A stretch of 64,000 bases of DNA, taken from Minisyncoccota bacterium (lineage in GTDB: Bacteria > Patescibacteriota > Minisyncoccia > Phycocordibacterales > WO2-35-19). A program made the translations under genes and the position numbers. The DNA lies in NCBI GenBank assembly GCA_036517255.1, contig DATDXE010000004.1, positions 30,543 through 94,542 of the forward strand, read 5' to 3'. This document shows, piece after piece, positions 58,578 to 64,000 of the stretch; the stretch's first letter is position 1, and each line of letters opens with the position of its first letter. Below the pieces are notes generated by a model, which had not been told where the DNA came from, ran no database searches, and saw only the letters and a program-made list of their open reading frames with translations.

Positions 58578-58844
58578 GCTCTGTGCTATAATTGCAAAAG
58601 GATGACACCTGAACAGATCGTAGCTTCCCAGCTCTCAAGCTGGGGAGATAAAAAAGAAGTATACCTAGTGACAGAGGATGAATTTAAGATCCTGCGGACT
58701 CACGCAGAATCAAGCGTTGAAAAAGACCTGGAATCGAATGGTGATGGAACGTATCTTAGTTCACTCCTGTTCAGAAACTATAGGTTCTCATGCGTTACGA
58801 AGTAACCGGCAGTTCAAAAGGGCTGCCGGTTTTCCATTTATATT

Positions 58845-59216
58845 CTATTCCCTTTTGAATGCTTCTCCTTCTTTCAGTTTATACCCTCTAGCATATTCAA
58901 AGGCAAATTGAGCTATGTGTTCGGCAGTACTTATTTCCATTCCTGATCTTTGCCTACCTAAAAGCATCAAGGCAAGTTCGTTATGAAGTTGTCTCTGACT
59001 AGTATCTGATCTTTTAAAATCTAAAGTCTTGGCATGGTGCCTGACTCCAGAATCAAGAGCGTTCGCATATCTTTCACAAACACTCTTCAATCGTTGTTCA
59101 GCGACACTTCCCTGGAGGGGGGGGTTACCAGGAATTTCGTATTCATCCCATAACAGAGTCAAAAATGGTTCGCTAATTCTTTCTGGAACATGATTATTTG
59201 ATGTAACTCCTTCCAT
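58845..59216 (-). CDS. hypothetical protein
   Basis: 123 aa soluble, no recognisable motif. Confidence 0.35.
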   Translation of the reverse strand: MEGVTSNNHVPERISEPFLTLLWDEYEIPGNPPLQGSVAEQRLKSVCERYANALDSGVRHHAKTLDFKRSDTSQRQLHNELALMLLGRQRSGMEISTAEHIAQFAFEYARGYKLKEGEAFKRE

Positions 59217-59231
59217 ATAATTATGTTTATT

Positions 59232-59660
59232 CTACTTAAAACGTACTGGGACTCTTACTGAATCTTCATTTTCAGGAAGGCCTGATGGGTTATCTTTATG
59301 GAAAATTATAATGCCGGTTTCACCTTTAGGTTTATCGAAGGAAATTTCGGCCGAGAAAGGTACGTATTCTTCCGTCATCCATTCCCCTTCAGCCTGTATC
59401 GGAGTTATGCCGAGGCTAGTACCATCTTCATCTAACACTTCAGCTGGGAAAGAGGCTTCAAAATACCACATCCCTCTTGCCTGACCTGATACTCTGACTG
59501 GTGAAGTGACCTCTTGATTTGCTAAAGGAGAATCTATCTGTAACAAATCTTTGTAGACTAGACTGCCTACTTTCTCTTCCTCTTCAGAGGGACTGAAGTA
59601 ATAAACAGCTCCACCAACAGCCAAAGCAACGAGTAAAATCAGGATTACAGTCTTTTTCAT
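59232..59660 (-). CDS. secreted Ig-like (Gmad2-type) domain protein
   Basis: signal peptide; VTSPVRVSGQARGMWYFEASFPAEVLDEDG pattern. Confidence 0.45.
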   Translation of the reverse strand: MKKTVILILLVALAVGGAVYYFSPSEEEEKVGSLVYKDLLQIDSPLANQEVTSPVRVSGQARGMWYFEASFPAEVLDEDGTSLGITPIQAEGEWMTEEYVPFSAEISFDKPKGETGIIIFHKDNPSGLPENEDSVRVPVRFK

Positions 59661-60299
59661 CTATTTTAAAGCTTTGTCGATCAATAGTTTGAAAGCCTGG
59701 ATACTCTGAGGGCTGTCCAATTTTTCTCCATTCAAGACAAAGGTAGGAGTAGCATTGAAACCATTTTTGACTGCGCTTTCCCTTTGAGATTTGACGATAT
59801 CCTTCACCTCACCAGAATCAAGGTCGGCAAGGAACTGTTCTTTGTCGATACCGATAAGGACAGCATAGTCGCCAAAAACTTTTTTCAAATCTGAAGCACT
59901 TGACCATTCATTTTGTTTTTCAAAAAGTAGGTTATGCATTTCCCAAAACTTGCCTTGTTTACTTGCCGCTTCCGAAGCCCAAGCTGCAGGTTCAGCATTG
60001 AAATGGATTTGTTTTAGTGGAAAATGACGATAAACAAAAGTTACTTTATCGCTATAAGTTTGAGATAGTTCTAGAAGTATCGGATAGTAAGAACGACAAG
60101 CAGGACACTGAAAATCGGCATATTCTATGAGAACTACAGTCGAAGAAGCGCCTGTATCTACAGTTCGGCCTTTTACATGGTCGGAGGGGCTTACTTCGGT
60201 GAGAGAAAACTGCGAGGAAGAGCTAGAACTTCCATTAAAAATAACGAGAGCGCCCACTATTACTATAAAAACTACTACAACCCAAATTAATGATTTCAT
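59661..60299 (-). CDS. DsbA-family thiol:disulfide oxidoreductase, membrane anchored
   Basis: N-terminal TM; FQCPACRSY (CxxC) in thioredoxin fold; cis-Pro TPTFV. Confidence 0.7.
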   Translation of the reverse strand: MKSLIWVVVVFIVIVGALVIFNGSSSSSSQFSLTEVSPSDHVKGRTVDTGASSTVVLIEYADFQCPACRSYYPILLELSQTYSDKVTFVYRHFPLKQIHFNAEPAAWASEAASKQGKFWEMHNLLFEKQNEWSSASDLKKVFGDYAVLIGIDKEQFLADLDSGEVKDIVKSQRESAVKNGFNATPTFVLNGEKLDSPQSIQAFKLLIDKALK

Positions 60300-60332
60300 T
60301 CTTTATCTTTTATCTTTAATAGCTCGATTCTA

Positions 60333-61055
60333 TCACATTTTCCCCAGAAAAACTTTTTCAAGAATGTTGCTGTTTATGATAGTAGAGGGAGTGTCAGAGA
60401 CGACCACCTTCCCCTTATCAAGCACATAAGCCCGACTGGCGATTTCGAGTAGTGATTTTATATTGTGTTCGACTACGACGATTGCCGTTCGACGTTTTTC
60501 ATTTATTTCTTTTATTTTTTGGAAAACTTCTTTCACAATTTTGGGAGCGAGGCCGAGTGATGGTTCGTCGAGGAGAAGCACTTTAGGGTCAACGATAAGC
60601 CCGCGAGCGATAGCGAGCATTTGCTGTTGACCACCAGAAAGCGAACTCGACTTTTCTTTCAGCTTTGATCGGAGCATCGGAAAAAGCTCCAATACATCTT
60701 CTATTCTTTTTTTAATCTCTTTCTGATCCTTTATTACATATCCACCCACTTCCAAGTTTTCTCTAACAGTCAGATGTTTAAAAACTCTTCGGCCTTGAGG
60801 GACGAAAGAGATGCCTCTTTCCACCATTTCATGCGATACCGGTTTTACTTCATGTTCATGCCACAACACTTTGCCACTTTCAATAGGCGCGAGTCCAAAT
60901 ATAGCCTTCAGTACCGTCGATTTCCCTGCCCCATTTGGGCCCATCAGGGCTACTACCTCCCCCTCATCCACCTCCACACTCGCCCCCGCGAGCGCCCGGA
61001 CGCCCCCGTAGTGAACATGAACATTTTCAATTTTTAAGAGTACCTCTTTTTGCAT
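60333..61055 (-). CDS. livF: branched-chain amino acid ABC transporter ATP-binding protein (LivF-type)
   Basis: GPNGAGKST Walker A, LSGGQQQMLAIARGL signature, LLLDEPSLGLAP. Confidence 0.85.
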   Translation of the reverse strand: MQKEVLLKIENVHVHYGGVRALAGASVEVDEGEVVALMGPNGAGKSTVLKAIFGLAPIESGKVLWHEHEVKPVSHEMVERGISFVPQGRRVFKHLTVRENLEVGGYVIKDQKEIKKRIEDVLELFPMLRSKLKEKSSSLSGGQQQMLAIARGLIVDPKVLLLDEPSLGLAPKIVKEVFQKIKEINEKRRTAIVVVEHNIKSLLEIASRAYVLDKGKVVVSDTPSTIINSNILEKVFLGKM

Positions 61056-61058
61056 CCA

Positions 61059-62159
61059 CTATTCTGCCTTTATATACTGACCATTTTTTAGAGTCCAGAG
61101 CTCAAGAGCAAAAGTTACTGATCTATCATCCTGATAACCAAATCCTTTTATAGCTGGATTTTCATAGTTGAATTTTTTAGCCTGTGATACAAAATCCTTC
61201 GAATCAAATCCTGATTTTTGAATCATAGAGACAACTGCTTTTGTTATATCATATCCAAGAGCTACTACGTAATCTTCAGGGTTTTTTCCATACTTAACGC
61301 TATATTTTGAAGTAAACTCTGTACTGAATTGATTAGGAGCAATACCAGGCGCAAAAGTGCCTTCTATTGAGGAACCAAAATCTTTTACTGCTTGCATATT
61401 TAGGTCAACAAAAGTAATCCTCATACCTTTATACCCTCTTTCTTTCAAAATCTTCATGAGAGTGAAGGCCTGCGAAGTATCGCCACTCGCCATAAATACA
61501 GCATCAGCTTTCGAGGCAATTACCTTATCTGCTTGAGTTTTTAAATCTCTGCTTTCAAAAGGTACGAGTTCATTTATTACAACAGAATAACCTCCATCTT
61601 TAGATAGAGCGACCATCCCATCTCGAGAATTTATACCAAAGTCATCATTGGTATTTATCAAAGCGACAGTCTTCACATTCTGCTTTTTGATTTCAGGCAA
61701 AACAGTTTTAAGTTGATCAACGGCACCAGGATAGCCACAGAAAACATTCTCTAAATCTTTAAACGCATCCGAACAATATGAAGCAGAGAAAATTGTTACG
61801 CCCTTTTCTTTTGCCATTGGAGAAACAGCTACGACTTCATCGGGCACATAGAGTCCTAAAAGCACATCTACTTTATCTACATCTAGAAGTTTTTTTGCAG
61901 CGGTGACTCCATCTAATGTTTCAGTATGATCATCCTCGACGATAAAAGTAACTTTTGCAGGATCAAATTCAGCCTTGGCGAGTTCCACACCCTGTAAAAG
62001 TTTTTCTCCAGAAACAGCAACACTTCCAGTAAGAGGAAGAATTACTCCAACCTTTATCGGTTGTGTATTTTCTGTAGAATCAGGCTGTTTTTTAGAAAAA
62101 TAAACCAACCCTATAACAACAATCACCACAACCAAAATCCAAGCTAATTTTTTATTCAT
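61059..62159 (-). CDS. branched-chain amino acid ABC transporter substrate-binding protein (Peripla_BP_6)
   Basis: lipoprotein-like N-terminus; IKVGVILPLTGSVAVSGEKLLQGVELA typical LivK/LivJ start. Confidence 0.75.
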   Translation of the reverse strand: MNKKLAWILVVVIVVIGLVYFSKKQPDSTENTQPIKVGVILPLTGSVAVSGEKLLQGVELAKAEFDPAKVTFIVEDDHTETLDGVTAAKKLLDVDKVDVLLGLYVPDEVVAVSPMAKEKGVTIFSASYCSDAFKDLENVFCGYPGAVDQLKTVLPEIKKQNVKTVALINTNDDFGINSRDGMVALSKDGGYSVVINELVPFESRDLKTQADKVIASKADAVFMASGDTSQAFTLMKILKERGYKGMRITFVDLNMQAVKDFGSSIEGTFAPGIAPNQFSTEFTSKYSVKYGKNPEDYVVALGYDITKAVVSMIQKSGFDSKDFVSQAKKFNYENPAIKGFGYQDDRSVTFALELWTLKNGQYIKAE

Positions 62160-62227
62160 ATTTATTTTTACGATCTTGATTAATTAGTTCCATACTATCA
62201 AAAAAGTAAAATATGTAAACAGTAGGC

Positions 62228-62500
62228 TTAAAAAAGTCTTTTAAACTTTCTGTATACTTCATCGTCATTTCTTTTACCAATTAACTCAACTCTAACTTCT
62301 GGTTCTAAAATTGTGTAGATAATTCTATATTCTCCTATATCAGTAGCAAAGTAACCTGAGTATCCTTTTAGAGGTTTACTATCTGGAGGCAATGGATCAT
62401 CTTTGAGACTTAGAGCCTTTACAGATACCTACCTTTTTTGTTTTGGCGGTAACTTTTTAAAAAACTTTGATGCTAATTTTGAAAATTTAACGCTTAACAT
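62228..62500 (-). pseudogene. RelE/ParE-family toxin gene interrupted by a single in-frame TAG (codon 24, 62429-62431)
   Basis: ATG overlaps antitoxin stop (aATGttaagcgtTAA); MLSVKFSKLASKFFKKLPPKQKR-TAG-VSVKALSLKDDPLPPDSKPLKGYSGYFATDIGEYRIIYTILEPEVRVELIGKRNDDEVYRKFKRLF; RelE-like KxLKKL..QKRI and GxxRIIY..IG.R.D.Y. Confidence 0.6.
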
Positions 62501-62756
62501 TAAGAGCCGATCTTAATAATTTTTCAGTTTGAGCTACCGTCAAATAACCACCTTTTGCTGCCTTTTTTGCTTTTTCTCCCCAATAAGCATCAATGATCGC
62601 TTCAAAATCCTCATAATCAGCATAGTTTTCATTTGATAGAACATAAGCAACTTTACGGCCATTTTTTTGTATAGCAACTGGAGAACGACGAGCTTCGTCA
62701 AGAAGTCGTCCAAAGTTATTTTTTGCTTCTTTAGCTGTAAAAACTATTTGACTCAT
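62487..62756 (-). CDS. Phd/YefM-family type II antitoxin
   Basis: MSQIVFTAKEAKNNFGRLLDEARRSPVAIQKNGRKVAYVLSNENY typical Phd/YefM N-terminal fold. Confidence 0.7.
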   Translation of the reverse strand: MSQIVFTAKEAKNNFGRLLDEARRSPVAIQKNGRKVAYVLSNENYADYEDFEAIIDAYWGEKAKKAAKGGYLTVAQTEKLLRSALNVKR

Positions 62757-62835
62757 AATAGTAGCTATTGTAGCTAAAGTAGCTTCTTTGTCAAGGAAAA
62801 GCGGTTGATAACCTTAAGAAGTTTATGGATGTGAT

Positions 62836-63639
62836 CTACTCCCCCAAATATGCCTCAATTACATCTTTTCTGGCCAAGACTTCTTCTGGTTTACCTTCAG
62901 CTAACAACTTGCCTGCATCCAAGACAAAAATATGGTCGGACAATTCGCGGATAAGGTCCATATTGTGTTCGACTAGGATCACGGTTTTACCTTTTTCCTT
63001 TAGCTCTTTTATAACAGAACTGACGATTTTTACCATCTCGGGGAAAAGGCCGGCAAAAGGCTCGTCGAAGAAAAATATTTTCGCCTCCCCTGTTGGCGAA
63101 TGAGTCATAGCTAGAATACGGGCGATTTCGAGCAGTTTGCGCTGACCATATGAAAGGTTCGCTGCAAGCTCATTCTGTTTTACTTGCCCGCCCGAAGCTT
63201 TATGCGAAGGAGGGTTCCACAACCCTACACGATTTAACACCTCCTCTGCCTTTTCTAAGTGAAATGTTTTGTGTTTTTCGAACAAAGCTTCTGTAGTATT
63301 TCTTTCCGTGAGCACTACTAAAATATTGTCGAGTACTGTCATCTGCTCGAAAAGCCTCACATCTTGAAAGGTGCGCGTGATTTCGTAGGTCGGGACATCG
63401 TACCGCCTGATTTTGGAAAGGACTGTATCTCTGCCCACGAGTACCATTCCTCCATCGATTTGATGTATGCCAGTAATCGTATTGATGAGAGTCGATTTAC
63501 CACTACCATTCGGCCCTATCAAACTCGTCACCTTCCCTGGCTCAAAGGACAACGAAAGCCCATCCACGGCATACACTCCATCAAAGTGTTTAGTAATTTT
63601 ATTTGTTGAAAGTGTTGACATTTGATTTGGCGAAATCAT
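62836..63639 (-). CDS. livG: branched-chain amino acid ABC transporter ATP-binding protein (LivG-type)
   Basis: GPNGSGKST, LSYGQRKLLEIARIL, FFDEPFAGLFP. Confidence 0.85.
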   Translation of the reverse strand: MISPNQMSTLSTNKITKHFDGVYAVDGLSLSFEPGKVTSLIGPNGSGKSTLINTITGIHQIDGGMVLVGRDTVLSKIRRYDVPTYEITRTFQDVRLFEQMTVLDNILVVLTERNTTEALFEKHKTFHLEKAEEVLNRVGLWNPPSHKASGGQVKQNELAANLSYGQRKLLEIARILAMTHSPTGEAKIFFFDEPFAGLFPEMVKIVSSVIKELKEKGKTVILVEHNMDLIRELSDHIFVLDAGKLLAEGKPEEVLARKDVIEAYLGE

Positions 63640-63680
63640 GCCGACCCGACGTCCATTAGGGGTCGGCTTTTCTTAATTCT

Positions 63681-64000
63681 TTATTTCTTCAAAGGAACAA
63701 ACTTACCATCTTGGATTGTTTGGATTGCAGTCGGGGTATTGAGAGAAGCGTGTTCAGCACTGAATTGGAATGTACCATTTGGAGTTTTGAATTTTGTGTT
63801 TTCAAGAAGAGAAGGTACTTCTGATTTATCTTTAGCTTTTGATACAGCTTCGGCTAAGATATAAAGAGCATCATAAGCCCTGTTTACCGAATTGGCTGGT
63901 TCGATTTTATATATTTCCCTAAATTTCTTATCGAAGCTCTCTGGAGTAACATTCCAATTCAAAACTACGACACCATCAAACAAACTTTTATCAGTCCCTT
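63681..64000 (-). CDS. ABC substrate-binding protein, C-terminal part (gene continues beyond window end)
   Basis: ORF open to the window edge; Peripla_BP_6-like C-terminal lobe. Confidence 0.5.
   Translation of the reverse strand, partial: GTDKSLFDGVVVLNWNVTPESFDKKFREIYKIEPANSVNRAYDALYILAEAVSKAKDKSEVPSLLENTKFKTPNGTFQFSAEHASLNTPTAIQTIQDGKFVPLKK

Noticed and set aside
58602-59216. Toxin-antitoxin or HEPN/MNT pair (67-aa plus-strand ORF and 123-aa minus-strand ORF)
   Set aside because: The two ORFs are convergent, not operonic, and I could not recognise Rx4-6H or nucleotidyltransferase motifs.
62429-62431. In-frame TAG in the RelE-like gene as evidence of stop-codon reassignment
   Set aside because: All confidently identified genes end with standard stops and read through without internal TAG/TGA. 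Known CPR recoding involves TGA, not TAG. A nonsense mutation is more parsimonious.

Overview
AT-rich bacterial chromosomal segment with compact, mostly housekeeping gene content. From the reduced RNase P RNA, the intron-split tRNA, small proteins and leaderless-looking promoters, I infer a Patescibacteria/CPR-like genome. I could not run any search, so every protein call rests on motif recognition by eye.

Backbone genes: typA/bipA, ddl, cysteine synthase, htpX, lemA, groES-groEL, secG, RNase J, rpsU, ybeY-ftsA-ftsZ, trxB, tsaD, valS, prsW-like, hsp20, glutaredoxin, gyrA, rpsA, pth, lepB, a divergent hisS, and liv-type ABC components. RNA genes: nine tRNAs (Asn, Ala, Ser-GGA, Val, Glu, Ser-CGA, Phe, Lys, Leu) and RNase P RNA.

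Observations worth a second look:
- tRNA-Asn(GUU) is split by a ~560-nt group I intron carrying an HNH endonuclease ORF.
- Several visibly G+C-rich single-gene or two-gene cassettes sit next to tRNA/rnpB genes. Each has host-like AT-rich promoter and terminator signals. One encodes a DUF1874 (AcrIII-1/Crn2 ring-nuclease-like) protein beside an IS30 transposase. Another encodes an SPFH-like protein plus a polytopic membrane protein.
- A family of GC-rich hairpin repeats (MITE-like) occurs in at least three loci: once flanking a DUF559 endonuclease gene, and once as an in-frame insertion inside tsaD.
- A recurring CCAAGGG-N3-CCCTTGG terminator palindrome appears at several gene ends and once inside valS.
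- Seven paralogous small two-TM (VirB2/TrbC-pilin-like) proteins lie in tandem.
- A Phd/YefM antitoxin has an overlapping RelE/ParE toxin that is killed by a single in-frame TAG.

No CRISPR array and no rRNA gene were seen in the window.
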